Source of the DNA: Azolla caroliniana
Taxonomy: Eukaryota; Plantae; Polypodiophyta
Reading direction: 5' to 3'
Length of the DNA stretch: 64,000 bases
NCBI GenBank assembly: GCA_043228905.1
Contig: JBHGNT010000007.1
Location: 5,642,001 to 5,706,000, forward strand
How positions within the stretch are numbered: the stretch's first letter is position 1; every line of letters begins with the position of its first letter. Below the pieces are notes generated by a model. The model did no database searches, had not been told where the DNA came from, and saw only the letters and a program-made list of their open reading frames with translations. The translations under genes were made by a program, and so were the position numbers. This document shows, piece by piece, positions 24,395 to 38,900 of the stretch.

Positions 24395-27300
24395 AAAGGC
24401 GATTAGGGTTTCTCTATAACAGTGTTTACTTTTTTGTAAAAGTAAATAAAGAGTAACTATTTGTACAATTTTAAAGAGGAAAAAAGGACATCATTTACGA
24501 GTAAAATCTGCAGAAAAAGGTTTTGTAAGTTGATCAATTTAAATGTCAGGCATTAAGATAACAAAGAGTTAGGTGGACATTTCCATATTATTAGGACAAA
24601 AGATTGTGCAAAGTTTGGGAAAATGAATGCATTCTCTTACTAGATGTTCTTCAGAGTTTGTGATTGGTGCATTAAACCAAGGTTATGAACAAGAAGAGTT
24701 CGTAAAAAAAGAGGGAGAGACGAGCACAGACAAGAGATGAAGATAGTTTAGGCTTAACGAAGCAAACGATATTTAATAAAAATATGTTCTATTAAATTAG
24801 CAGTACAAGAGTTTATTTACTGAAGGTACAATATTTCATCGTAAAGATGACACTTTATTTTTGTCATATGAAAATATTTTCCTTAATGCCTAAATCATAA
24901 TATTCTTCCTCAAATAAATGTTCGAATAAGATTTCATATGATGTATGAGATGTGCAATTCATCAATTTTCACATGTGTTAATGCGCCATGCATGATAGTC
25001 ATCTTGCTTATCAGAGTCGTGTATGTAATATTAATATTACATGAGACATAATTACAGTGATGAGGACATAAAAACTTATGCAATCATTTGCATGTTGTGG
25101 TTGATATATGAGGTTATAGGTTCAAGCCTTATACATGACACTTACAATTATTTGATTTGTATTCATGTCATGAAACAATCGCTTGTGATCATATAATATT
25201 TTGAACAATTATATGGACAAGATAAATGCGATATTACCTTCATTTGGGTAATAATATCGACAAGATACATGTATAATGAAGAGTTGTGAACTAATGAAGA
25301 ATTGGTAGCCATCTTGCCAACTTGATTTTGCTCTATGCTCTATGGTTAATGTTGTGTTTGATTTACTGCCAATTGGGCTCACTTTTGAGTAACAATAAAT
25401 GAACTAGATTACAATCTACCAAGTGCAAATGAGCATTTGATTTTATTGTTTCATTGGATCACATTTGAGAAATAGAAAATGAATGAATGAAAGTTTTAAT
25501 GTTGCTCATAGGGTTGGATCAATTTTTAATCATGTTCAATTGGTGCAATCAATTCCAATTTTTTGAACACAATTCAATTTATTCTTGGGAAACATCAAAT
25601 GAAATAGTAAAGCATTGATGGTTGCAATGGGAAAGACTTGGATTGATTTGAGAGTATGAAGACATTTGTTTTCATCTTGTCGAAGTTAATTTTAAGAAAC
25701 AACATATGAGTCAAATGAAGCATTAGTGTTTATAATGACGAGGATTCAAAAAATCACACTTGGGCAAACAAAACAAACATGAACTTCTTTGGTTCACTTT
25801 TGAGTAACAACAAATAAATTAACGTAGGATTGGTGATCATCATATCGAAATATTGGATTGACATTATAGCTACAGGGGCAGACATAAGAGAAGATATTAT
25901 CCTCCAAAGCATACCCGAGAAAGTCACACCGGAAATGAATACATGGCTCGTGCGTCCCCTATCAATCATCGAGATATGGGAGGCCCTCACTATTTTAGAT
26001 GCCGATAGCTGCCCCGGAATCGACGGTCTCACCCCGCACATGCCGTTGGGGCACTATTAAAGAAGACCTCCTCCAGGCATATGAGGAGATCATCACCTCT
26101 GGAAGCATGCCGGAGGAATTTGGACAGGGGATGATACATCTCATTCCTAAAAGTGGTGGGAATGCCAACAACATTAGCAAGTGGCGGCCCATAACTCTTC
26201 TCAATACTGTCTATAAGTTGCTCGCAAAAATCGTGGCACGCCGTTTAACACCTCTTCTCCCTCAACTCATTCATCCGTCCCAGACAGGTTTCGTTAGAAA
26301 TCGAAGCATCCTAGACAACCTCTTCTCATTCTAGGAAGCAGTAACCCTTGCCAAGCATACCAACAACAAGGTTGCGGTGATGCTACAAGATTGTGAGAAA
26401 GCATATGACATGGTATGTTGGAACTTTCTAGAAAGTGTGATGAGGAAACTCGTCTTTCAAGAGACATGGATCAAAGGCATTGCAGGACTTTATAGGAATG
26501 GCAGCAGTTGCGTTTCGCTGGCAAGTAAAAGGGGCCCCTTTTTTCGAATATCCCGATCTATACGGCAGGGATGCTCACTAGCTCCATCCTTATTTCTATT
26601 ATACGCCGAAGCACCCTCTTGCTTTCTCAACTCGCGGCATCTCAACCTACGTGGTCTTCCCGTACCTCATTCTCACCAAAGCATCCTGGATATAGAATTT
26701 GCAGATGACACAACAGTCTACCTGCAAGGGGACTTGGAAAACCTCCAAAAGCTAGAAAGTGGTCTAGTTGTATTTTGCAAGAGATCCAACGCCATGATCA
26801 ATTGGCACAAATCCTGTGCAATATGGCTCTATCAGGAAACACATCCGGCGTGGCACCTGACGAGAAATATGCGGAATAATCTCTAGCCACAACTAAAGCG
26901 TAGATCACTTGATGACAATCAAACATAGAAGAAATGGGGATGGAGGTAAGTACACAAACAGAAGGAGAATACACAGGATATTAACGTGGAAAACCCTGAG
27001 AGGGAAAAACCACGGGAGTCCACAGACTCCAAACTATCAGTATGCTAAGGAGTACAACAGGGAGCACAGAGGCAACGACCTCTTGCTCACAATCTTCGCC
27101 TGATGGCGGTTACAACAGAGACATGCTCTGTATCTCTCTCTCTCTCTCAATACAGTCGTTACACCAATAACACTATACAAAGATAATAACGGGTAACTAT
27201 GTTACACGCCACACTATTTGCCCTAGGTCACATTTATGCTAATATGACATTAGGACTATTTACAGATATAGCCCCAATGGGCTCTCAGAAACATATCTAC

Positions 27301-30300
27301 ATATATGTCCCTTCATCCGGTGAGAGGTTCTCACCGGGCATGCAAAATCCGGTTCTCACTGGGTCTTCCTTGCCGGGTACTCGTCATCCGGTTCTCACCG
27401 GGTCTGCATCATCTGGTTCTCACCGGTTCTTCCTTGCCGGGTACTCGTCATCCGGTTCTCACCGGGTCTTCCGATGCTAGGCCTTCGTATCCCATTTGGA
27501 GGAACCAAGATCCTAACAAACTCCCCCTTCACTCCGGCATGGGATGCCTCATCAATCCGATTCGCTTCCGGCATGCGTCTAGCTTGTCGGGCGTCAACAC
27601 CTTGGTCAGCATATCCGACCCGTTCTCCTCCATGTGGATCTTCGTCAGTACAAACTCTCGGTCTTCTACTTGCTCCCGAATCCAGTGGTACCTCCGCTGG
27701 ATGTGCTTCGTCCTGGAATGATACGCTGCGTTCTTCGCAAGGTGGATGGCACTTTGACTATCGCAATAGAGCCAATATTCCTCATGCCGGATCCCTAGCT
27801 CTTCAATGAAGTTTTTCATCCGTAGTATTTCCTTGTTGGCTTCCACAGTCGCCATGTACTCCGCTTCCATGGTTGACAACGCAACCGTCTTTTGCAGCCT
27901 CGATTGCCACGAAACAGCTCCCCCCGCATATGTCATGACATATCCGGATGTTGACCGGCTGGTATCCGCATCAGCCGACATATCCGAATCGGTGAAACCG
28001 TCAAGTTGAGGTTTTCAGGAGCCGAATTGAAGACACATACTTGAGGTGCCTTTCAAGTATCAGAGTATCCATTTTACCGCATTCCAGTGCTCCTTGCCGA
28101 GATTGCTCATAAACCGGCTCACCACTCCGACTGCATATCCGATATCCGGTCGGGTACACACCATTGCGTACATTAGGCTCCCGATGGCAGAGGCATATGG
28201 TATCTTCATCATATCCGCCTTCTCTGCCTTCGTCTTCAGGCTTTGCTTACCGGATAACCTACAGTTTCCTGGAAGTGTCGATCTGACCGGTTTCGCATCT
28301 GACATGTTGAACTGCTGAAGCACCTTTGTCACGTACTTCTCCTGTGACAACCACAATTGCTTTGTTGGTCGGTCCCGGATGATATGCATCCCCAGCATCT
28401 GTCTTGCCAGACCCAAGTCTTTCATTGAGAAGGTCCGGTTCAGGGCCTTCTTCAACATCCGTATCTTGACTTGGTCTTGTCCGACGATCAACATGTCGTC
28501 CACGTACAAGAGGAGTATCAAGAAGTCTCCACCTTCGAACTTCTTCACAAATACGCAATGATCGGCCTGCGTCTTGTGGTACCCTTGATCGGTCATGAAG
28601 GAATTGAACTACCAGTACCATTGCCAGGGATCCTGCTTCAACCCGTCAAGGCTCTTTTTTAACCGGCAAACCAGGTGCTCCTTCCCTTTCTTCATAAATC
28701 CCTCCGGTTACTGCATGTAGATCTCCTCTTCGAGGTCGCCGTGGAGGAACGTTGTGTTCACGTCTAACTTCTCTACCTTGAGGTCCATGCTTGCCGCTAT
28801 GCTCAATACCGTCCAGATGGAAGTCATCTTTACTACCGGGGCAAATATCTCGTCGAAGTCCACACCCTTCTTCTGCTGGAACCCCTTCACCACGATCCTA
28901 GCTTTGTACCTTGGAGGGTTGCTGACATCTCCCGTTTTCAACTTGTACACCCACTTGTTTCGGAGTGCCCTCTTTCCTTTCGGCAACTCCACCAATTCAT
29001 ACGTGTGGTTCTCATGCAAGGAATCCATCTCGTCCTGCATGGCACTCAACCACTTGCGGCTATGGGTGTCATCCTTCGCTTCTTCGAAGCTTTCCGGCTC
29101 CCCCTCATCGGTCAGTAGCACATGCTCTGCATCTGGAAATCTCCGGGGAGGACTACTCTCTGAGAGGATATCTCCGTCTTTGGCTTTCGGCAACCAACTC
29201 CTCTACTTGTTCTTCATCTGAATCCGATTCAGGGTCTTGGCCGGTTCCGATTTCAACTTCCTCTACTTCTTCTTCTGTCGGTTCGGTATCCTCACCATAA
29301 CCGGTTGGTTCCTCGAGTGTCAACCGGCTCTTAGCCGGGTGGGTCCGAATCTCATCGGAGTTCATTATCTTTTTCTTTGGCTCCCAGTCGGCAAGAGTCT
29401 TGTCCTCCATGAAGATAATATCTCGGCTCCGGAAAACCTTCTTGTCAACGGGATGCCACACTTGGTAGCCGAACTCATCATCGCCGTATCCGAGGAATAT
29501 GCATGGCCGGGTCTTTGGATCCAACTTTCCTCTCCGGTCCTTAGCAACATGCACGTACGCGAGACACCCGAACACCTTCAAATGCCGATAGGACACTTCC
29601 TTACCGGTTCACACCTTTTGCGGCGTGTCTCCATCCAAGGGCACTGAGGGTGATATGTTTATCATATACGTCGTTGTCGAGAGCACCTCAACCCAAAACG
29701 TCTTGGGTAGTTTAGCATGTGCTAGCATACTCCGGACCCTCTCCATTATGGTCCGGATTCATCGTCTCGGCTAGCCCGTTTAGTTTCGGCGTCTTCGGCA
29801 CGGTAAATTCGAGCTGGATTCCCTTCGAGCGGCAGTACTCCTCGAACTGCCCCCGGTATTCCCCTTCGTTATTTGCTCGAACCGCCTTCAGCTTTCGTCC
29901 GATTTCTCTTTCCACTCTTGCGTGGAGCTCCTTGAAGAGGGATAACACCTGATCCTTCGTCTTCAACGGTGTGGCCCACAGCCTCCTATTGTGGTCATCT
30001 ATGAACGTCACGAAGTACTGCGCTCCGGCATGGGACTTCGTGTCCACTTGACACACATCGGTATGCACCAACTCCAATGGTGCATCACGTCTCATCGGTG
30101 GCCTTGATTGGAAGGAGGTCCGGTTTTGCTTACCGGCTAGGCAGTTGGTGCACCTCTCAAGATGCACGTTCTTCACCAGAATGAGGTTGTCTTCGGCAAG
30201 CCTCTTCATCCCCTTCATGCTCATGTGACACAGCTCACCGGCAGTGTCGGAAGCCAGGTTAACTTCTTCCAGGCATAACCGGGCAATCATCAGGTACAAC

Positions 30301-31834
30301 GTGTTGACCTTCCGGGCCCGAGCCACTATCAGGCTCCCTTTGTTGAATTTCATGACTCCGTTCCGAATGCTACCCGTGTAGCCTCCGTCATCCAGCCGAC
30401 CGGCTGATATCAGGTTCAGTCGAACCTCCGGAACGTGTCAGACATCCTTTAGCAGCAGCTTGCATCCGGTTGGTATTGTCAACCACACGTCTCCTATGCC
30501 GACAATTCGGCATGTACCTTCATTCCCCATCCAGACACAGCCGTGATCACCGACTGTGTAGGATGAGAAGCATTTCCGGTCTGGGGTAAGGTGGAATGAC
30601 GCTCCGGAATCGACAACCCACGTTGTCTCGTCGCCGGCATGGTTCAACCCACTCTCCTAGGTGATGAGCATCAACTCTTCTTCACTTTCCGTGATTGCCG
30701 TCGTTCCCTTCCAGTCTTTACCGTTCCGGTCTTTACCGGTCCGGTCTGGTGTCCGCTTCGAATCGGTACTATCGGTTTCCTTGTCTTTTCGGAAGTGCCG
30801 ACAGTTCTTCTGGAAGTGTCCCAACTTGCCGCAATAGAAGCAAGTAGGCCTCCCCCTTGACTTTGACCGTGCCCCCGACTTTTCCCAGTTCTGGGGACTA
30901 CGGTTCCTTTGTCTTCCGCATTTCGATTCGGTAAGAAGCGCTTTGGAGTCAGAGTTCGCATCCTTGTCTTTCTGACGCGCCTCCTTATCTTGCAAGCTCG
31001 ACTTCACTCTTGCTAGGGATAACCGTTTCCCTTCCAGCCCGGCGTTGCCCAAAGTGACAACTAACGTCTCCCAGTTATCTAGGAGGGAACCGAGCAGGAG
31101 TAGTGTTATTACCTCATTGGTGAGAGGTACTTCCAATGATGTTGCCTGGTGGATTAGCCCCTGGAAGGCATTCATGTGCACCGCCATGCTGGAGCCATCT
31201 TGGTACCAGAGTCTTACTAGCTTCTGAAATACCAAAACCTGATTAACAACATTTTTGTTCTGAAACATAATGCTGATCTTCTCCCAGAGCTCATGAGCCT
31301 TGCTCTCTTCATTGAAGTTGTTGTATAGACTCATGCCGATGAAGCACCGTATGTATGCTGTTGTCTTCATGTGCATCACCTCCCATATCGTGGCATCGAT
31401 TTTGTCCGGTCTCTTGTCCCCGAACTGAACCGGCAACCAAAGATCTTTAACCACGATCATGTCCCTCATCTTCGACTTCCACACTGAGTAGTTGGAGCCG
31501 GTGAGCTTGAACATGCCTCCCAACGAATCGTCCATTTTTCTGTGTCATTTCGCTCTAATACCAGTTTGACGAGAAATATGCAGAATAATCTCCGACCACA
31601 ACCGAAGCATAGATCACTTGATGACAATCAAACACAGAAGAAATGGGGATGGAGGTAAGTACACAAACAGAAGGAGAATACATAGGATGTTAACGTGGAA
31701 AACCCTGAGAGGGAAAAACCACGGGAGTCCATAGACTCCAAACTATCACTATGCCAAGGAGTACAACAGGGAGCACAGAGGCAACAACCTCTTGCCCACA
31801 ATCTTCGCCTGGTGGTGGTTACAACGGAGACATG

Positions 31835-31877
<43 letters not shown>

Positions 31878-34800
31878 AAAGCTCTCTGTAAGTTCACTCT
31901 TGCCATCGTTTTCTACGTTCTATAGCTCGTTGGAAAGCTCTTTGAGAGAGCTTTCTAAAGAATGTTCATTTACTAAGTTATGAGCATTTCCATCCGCAAC
32001 CATCTTTGCCCCACGGTTCCTCAAACGGAAGGTAGATTTTGAAGCCCTAAATCGAGTGAAAGGTACATTCTCTCTCCTTCCCTCTCTGTCTCTCTTTTCC
32101 CATAGGGTTTGTCCCTATAATGGCAAATACTCGTAAAACCGCCGCAAAGTTCGGGGGTATGATTGATAATGAGCCGAGATCACCAACAAATCTCGATTCT
32201 AATGCAATGGACAAAATGCTTATGAGTCACTTGATTTCTCTTCAAGAAACCATAAACAAGCAAGGTGAAGAGATTAGGATGTTAATGAAAGAGAATACTA
32301 AGCTCCAAAGTGTTGTCATTGAGAATGAAAGTCTTAATCAAGTGGTTGCAAAACTTCAAGAAGAGATTCAAGAATGTAAAAGAGCTTCATTTGAAACAAA
32401 TGAGTGCCTTAACAAGATTGAGTTAAAGGAAGCATTAAAAGAAGAAAAATTGGACACGATGAGGCAGGATGTAAGTGAGATGAAAAATGTATGTAGAACG
32501 AAGTCATGGGCCAATGTATGTGGTGGGGATTGTTGGGATTACGATCCCTTCGGATGGGATGGTCGGATGTCGGAGATGAATGCCGACGAGCCCGGTTTCG
32601 GTTTCGGATCCGGATGATGAAGACCCCGGCTTCGGTGCCGGATGACGAATGTACCCGGAGAGCGATCCGGATGCAGGGACATATCCGTGAATATGTTCGC
32701 TATGGGCCCCTGAGGCTAGAGTTGTAAATAGCCCCAAAGTCATATATGTATAAATATGACTTAGGGCAAACAGTTTTGTAGCTGCTGATTATTTTTTCTG
32801 TTTTTCCACTCAAGAGGAGTGAAGAGGGAGCAGCCGTGAGAGAGAGAGAGAGAGATAGAGCGTGAGAGAGGAAGAGGACGACGCCTCTTTGTATTTCCGC
32901 CTCCTGTGGCGAGGATAGCGAGCTCAAGGTCGTCGCCTTGCAGCTCGCCATTGTATACTTCTCTGTATAGTGTTGGTTTGGAGTCTTGTACTCCCGTGGT
33001 TTTTCCCGTCTAGGGTTTTCCACGTTAATCCCTGTGTGTTCGCGTTTTGTTTCTCTGTGTGGTTCCTATTTTCTGCTCCATTGATTCGCGCTTACTCGGT
33101 TGTGGCCGAGTGGTGAAGGTGAATCGAAGCGTTGATTCCCAACAAACTGGTATCAGAGCGAGTTGCTGCAGAAAATGGAAGGCGGCAGCAGCGGGCAGCC
33201 GGGGATGATGGTGCTGACTGCGCAGAATTACGCCGACTGGAAGATCAAGATGGAGGATCTTCTGATTGTTCGGGACCTGTACGAACCGATTGACAGGTCG
33301 GAAATACCGAAAGGGGTACTTGAGTCGGAATGGAGGCTTCTGAACCGGAAAGCCGTTGCAACCATTCGGCAATACGTCGACGTGAGCGTTCTACAACATG
33401 TGGCGAACGACACCAACGCATATGAGATGTGGCGGAAGCTGTCGGGCCTCTACGAGAGGAAGAATGCGTTGAACCGGACCTCCCTGATGAGGAAGATAGT
33501 GAATCTCAAGTACCGGGACGGCGAGAGTATGGTGGAACACGTAAGCACGTTCATGGGTTTCGTGAATCAGCTTGCGGCGATCAAGTTCCCGTTGGAGGAT
33601 GCAATGCAAGCCATCATCCTGATGTGTACATTGCCGGAAAGCTGGGAGAACTTGGTGGTGACTCTCAGCACCTCCTGCACCGAAGATAACTTGTCCTTAC
33701 AAACGGTAAAGACAAGTATTTTGAACGAAGAAGTGCGTCGGAGAGATAAAGAACCGGCCTCCGACTCGAAGGCGCTGCTTACCGAATCGGATCGGGGAAG
33801 ACAATGGAACCGGAGTCCGCAAAGACGGGAGAAGTCGGGGACCCGGTCGCAGTCAAGAGGAAGGCCCACATGCTTCCACTGTGGGAAGTCGGGGCACTTC
33901 CGAAAGAATTGTCGGCATTACCGAAAAGACAACGGAGCCGACGACACCGATTCGAAGAAGTCACCGGAGAGAAACGGTGCATACCGGGGAGCCACAGACC
34001 GGAGAGGTTCGGATCGGCGAGGGCAGGACCGGAAAGGAACAACGGCACTCGCGGCAAGTGAGGAAGAAATCATGCTCATCACCGAAGAAAGTGAAGTAAA
34101 CATTGCCGGCGATGAGACGACCTGGGTGGTCGATTCGGGAGCATCGTTCCACCTGACCCCGGAGAGAAGATACTTCTCATCCTACACAGCCGGTGAGCAT
34201 GGCTGTGTTCGAATGGGAAATGAAGGTACGTGCCGGATTGCCGGCATAGGAGACGTGTGGTTGACAACCCCGACCGGATGCAAAATGCTGCTGAAGGATG
34301 TCCGACACGTTCCGGAAGTTCGATTGAACCTGATTTCGGCCGGGAGGCTAGACGATGAAGGCTACACAGGTAGCATCCGGAACGGCGTAATGAAGTTCAG
34401 CAAGGGGAGCCTGATAGTGGCTCGGGCCCGGAAAGACAACACATTGTACCTGATGAATGCCCGGTTATGTCCGGAAGAGCTGAATGTGGCAGCCGACACT
34501 GCCGGTGAGCTGTGGCACAAAAGACTGTGCCACATGAGCGAGAAGGGGATGAAGAGGCTTGCAGAAGACAACCTTATTCCAGTGAAGCATGTGCACCTGG
34601 AGAAGTGCACCGATTGCCTGGCCGGTAAGCAGAACCGAACCTCCTTCCACTCAAGGCCACCGACGAGACGTAGCGCACCATTGGAGTTGGTGCACACTGA
34701 TGTGTGTCAGGTAGAAACGAAGTCACATGGCGGAGCCCAGTACTTCGTAACATTCATTGATGATCACAGCCGGAAGCTGTGGACGGCACCGTTGAAGACA

Positions 34801-35688
34801 AAGGACCAAGTGTTGTGCGTCTTCAAAGAACTCCACGCGAGAGTGGAAAGGGAATCCGGCAAGAAGCTGAAAGCGATACGAGCGGATAACGGAGGGGAAT
34901 ACCGGGGGCAGTTCCGGGAGTACTGTCGCTCGAAGGGAATCCGACTCGAGTTTACTGTGCCGAAGACGCCGGAACTGAACGGGCTGGCCGAGAGGATGAA
35001 CCGGACCATAATGGAGAGGGTCCGGAGTATGCTGGCGCATGCGAAATTACCCAAGGGGTTTTGGGCCGAGGCAATGTCGACGGCGACATACGTGATTAAC
35101 AGATCACCCTCAGTACCTTTGGACGGAGACACGCTGTCGTGCCTTTCGGCTCCGGATCGTTGCGTGAGTCGGGTGGGAACCACAGAGGTCTTGGACTAGG
35201 AGAAAGAAGTTCGTGAGATAGAGATTAATTATGAGTAAATAGCAAAGAGAAAGATAAGAAACTCGTGAATCACACGAGTATACTATATTAATTGGTACTT
35301 AGGGTGTTAAGAGAGAAGTAGATGTATAAATCGTGAATCCCACGAATAATTTTTGTATTGATTAATACGTAATCCAAATAATCAACAACCATATACATAT
35401 TTCTCTCCTCCTTATATAAGGAAGGAAGAGCTAAGCATGGCTTCATGCTTTTTTTTTTTACAAAAAGTGTTCATGTCCACTAAATGTGCATGTGATGCTT
35501 TTTTTATTTCCTAAGTATAGGGCTCATGCACGCTAGATGTGCATGACTTATTTTTAGTGTCTCGTGTTTTTCTTTTCTTTTCTTTTTTCATATATTAAAA
35601 AAAATACACGATTTACCTTTTAATAAAGGTATGCATAAATAAAGGTCTTATACCTATTAAATCTATATTTAAAACACTTAAGATAAGT

Positions 35689-35778
35689 TAATGTAATGGT
35701 AAGGTTGGGGTTTGTGAACGTGGAGGTGCAGAGTTCGAATCACGCCCTGCGCAATAGTGAGTATTTCCTTTCTTTTTA
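35689..35778 (+). promoter_or_regulatory. tRNA-like Pol III A-box/B-box module with oligo-T, inside the Gypsy LTR (copy from 42156)
   Basis: TAATGTAATGG at 35689, AGTTCGAATCA at 35732, TTTTT shortly downstream. Confidence 0.5.
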
Positions 35779-35921
35779 CATTTATGTCTCTTTATCCGTT
35801 TTCCTCCTTGCCGGTATGCCGTTTTCCTCCTTGCCGGTATGCCGTTTTTCCTCCGGTTCTCACCGAGCACTCCATTCTCTATCCGGAGGGACAAAAATAT
35901 AATTTCCACATAGTGTGCAAC

Positions 35922-38900
35922 CTACACTACGACACTCGCCCCCTCCAAACCCGCACATCCTCCGGTATGTGCCGAAGTTCTTGATTCTTCGTATCCGTCT
36001 TCATCCGAAGCTTCCTCCGATTCTCCCCTTATGTCGACTATGAGTTGTAATCCACTTTCTTCGCTTCCCGCATCATTGTGGTCTTCGTCCGATTGCTCCT
36101 CGTTGTCGGCCTCGACTTGGATCACATAAGGTTTGTCGTCGGTCCGCTTCTTGAAAATCTTCACCCGCTTCCCGGCTATAGGCACTCGTAGTATTGTTCC
36201 ATCCAACTCGGACAGTCGGTACGTCCCGTTGTCGAAGACCTTCCGAACCTCGTACGGCCCGAACCACCTTTTCGCGAATTTCCGCATCGTTGTATGTTGA
36301 TGGTCCAAGCTACTATCATATACGATCACCCAATCTCCTTCTTCAATCCTCCTCGGTCGTAGTCGGTGCTTTGTGTCGAAACGGCTTTTGTTCCGGAATC
36401 GTGCTTCTTGTTGTCGGCGTGACGCTTCCGCTACATCTTTCGGTCTTCCCTCCAGTTGTCGTATCCGGACCGCTAGTAGTTCTTCCCGGCTCATCTCTTC
36501 CTTCCACGGTAGTATTGTCCATGTCGCGATTGCGGTTTCCGTTGGCATTACCGGTGCTTGTCCGGTCATGAGTTCTGCCGGCATGTAACCGGTCACGGAG
36601 CTATGCGTCGTCCGATCCGCCCATAGTGCATACGGAAGCATTTGTGGCCAATCCTTCACCCTTCCGTCGCATGCCTTCGCAAGTGCTTTCACGATCGGAC
36701 TATGTCCTCGTTCGATCTTCCCGTTGGCCTCCGGATTGTAGGCCGTTGTCAACGTTAACCGAACTCCATGTTTGGCGAAGAATCCCCTAGCTTTGTCCGA
36801 GTCGAGTTCTCCCCGGTCCGCAATCACTTGTCCTACGCAGCCGTACCTACAAAACACTTCTTCCAAAAGAAATTGGCACACCGCGGCACACGTTTTCCTC
36901 CGAAGCGCTCGACCTTCAACTTGGTTTGTGAGATCTTCTCGAGCTAACACCAAGTATTTCTTTTGTCCAATCCCGGTCGGCATAGCTACAATGTCGACCA
37001 TCCACTTGAAGTTGATTGTCGGTGAGAATGTCGGATGCAGCTCATCTCGGTGTCGGACCCCGGAGTAGACTTGACATTTCTCGCAGCTTTCTGTGAACTC
37101 CGCGACATCTTTATACATGTTCTTCCACCAATATCTTTGCTTGATTTTCACAAAAGTTGCCCATGTTCCTCGATGTCCAGCCCAATCGGATTCGTGGAAC
37201 TCGGACATTATCCGATTTCGTTGCTCTTTCGTCCCGACTACTCGAAGTGGTATCCCATCCGGTCTTTTCGGCGTCCTCCATATTAAACCGTTTTCCAAGA
37301 AGAACTTTTGGACTTGCCTCTTCTTCCTTCGGATCTCGGCTCTCCTTTCTTTATCATTGGTTGAATCCTCGACCTCTTGTAGTATCTTCCCGATCATCAA
37401 GGTTTCCCCCTCGTATTCTTCTTCCCGGAATTCTCGGATCACGTTCACTCGGCATATGTGTTCTGACGTGAAGTAGTCTTTGGAAACTTCTTCATTATCT
37501 GATTCGGTAATGTCGTCTTCAAACCGCGCCCTCGATAACATGTCTGCTACCGCGTTGTCCTTCCCCGAGATGTGTCGAACCTCCGGATTAAGTGACTTGA
37601 CATATGCAATCCACCTTAGCATAGCCACATCCGGTATCGTACAACACCGCATCATCCCGAGTATCGGAAGACAATCCGTCTCGATCACCACTTCAGCTCC
37701 GATCAAATAATCCCGATCCGATTTTATCGCCGACACGACTCCCCACAATTCTCTTTTGACTTGTGCATATCCGCGTTGCCTTTCGTTGAGGACCTTTGCT
37801 CCAAATCGGATCGGATACCGCGAACCATCCGAGTCGGCTTGATTGATGACCCACCCGATACCGGTTGGACTTGTATCAACCGTTACTATGATTGGCCGCT
37901 TGTAGCTTGGCTTCTTAAGTGATTCCGCCCTCCATAGTGTCTTCTTGAGCTTCCTCATGGCTTTAGTGTGTTCCGGTTTCCACTCGAATTTCTTACCTTT
38001 CCGCAACAAGTGATAGAGCGGGTCCGCTATATGTGCATAGTGCGGAATCCATATGTGATAGAATGCACACGCACCCAGAAACCTTCGGACTTCCGATGTT
38101 GACTCACATACTTCCTTCATAGCTTGAATCGCATCGACCTTTGTTGGTGACGGTCTTCGGCCGTAGGGTCCACATAGATGTCCGACCACCAATATTTCTT
38201 CTTGCCCGAATGCCGATTTCTCCCCGGAAAGTGTTAGGTGCACATCTTCTAGCTTTCGCAACACTTTCTCGCAATCATGAATATGGTCGACCACGAACTT
38301 TCGGCATCCCCGATCATCCATAGTCTCATCTTTTTCTTCCACCGCGCATCCTTTCATCGGAATGTCATCTAGAAACGGCATCGTTATCTCCGGGATGCAA
38401 TCTCGAAGCACCTTGTTCATCGCGTTCATCATATGAGCAACCGAGTTTGTCGCTCCTTGTGGTAGTGTGCACATTCGAACTAGTCCTATCGGTGTCCGCA
38501 TGGTAGTGATGTCTCGGCTCTCCACGGCTAGTTGGAATTGGTCATACCCCGAGTATAGGTCCCCGATGGAGTATATCGCACGTCCGGCAAAAGCTTCCGC
38601 GAATTCGTCCACTATCGGACCGACTCCCGAGTTCCGGATCGTGACCTTGTTCACCGGTTGCAAGTCTTGGATGAATCGGAGTGACCCATTCTTCTTCGGA
38701 ACCGTAAACCATCGATTTGAGTACGGAGCACTTGATGGCTCTAGAATCCCCATCGCCACCTTCTCCTTGAGCAAGTCGATGACTTTCGGAATATGCGCCC
38801 GTGGCACCGGAATCGGCTTCAGGTTCCACGGTACATGATCAATCGTGAAAATCACCATCGGCTCCACTATCTTTGGATCAATGCATCCGATCTCCCTCGA

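Noticed and set aside
25085-25135. Isolated B-box-like ggttcaagcc
   Set aside because: No convincing A-box at tRNA spacing and no element boundaries.
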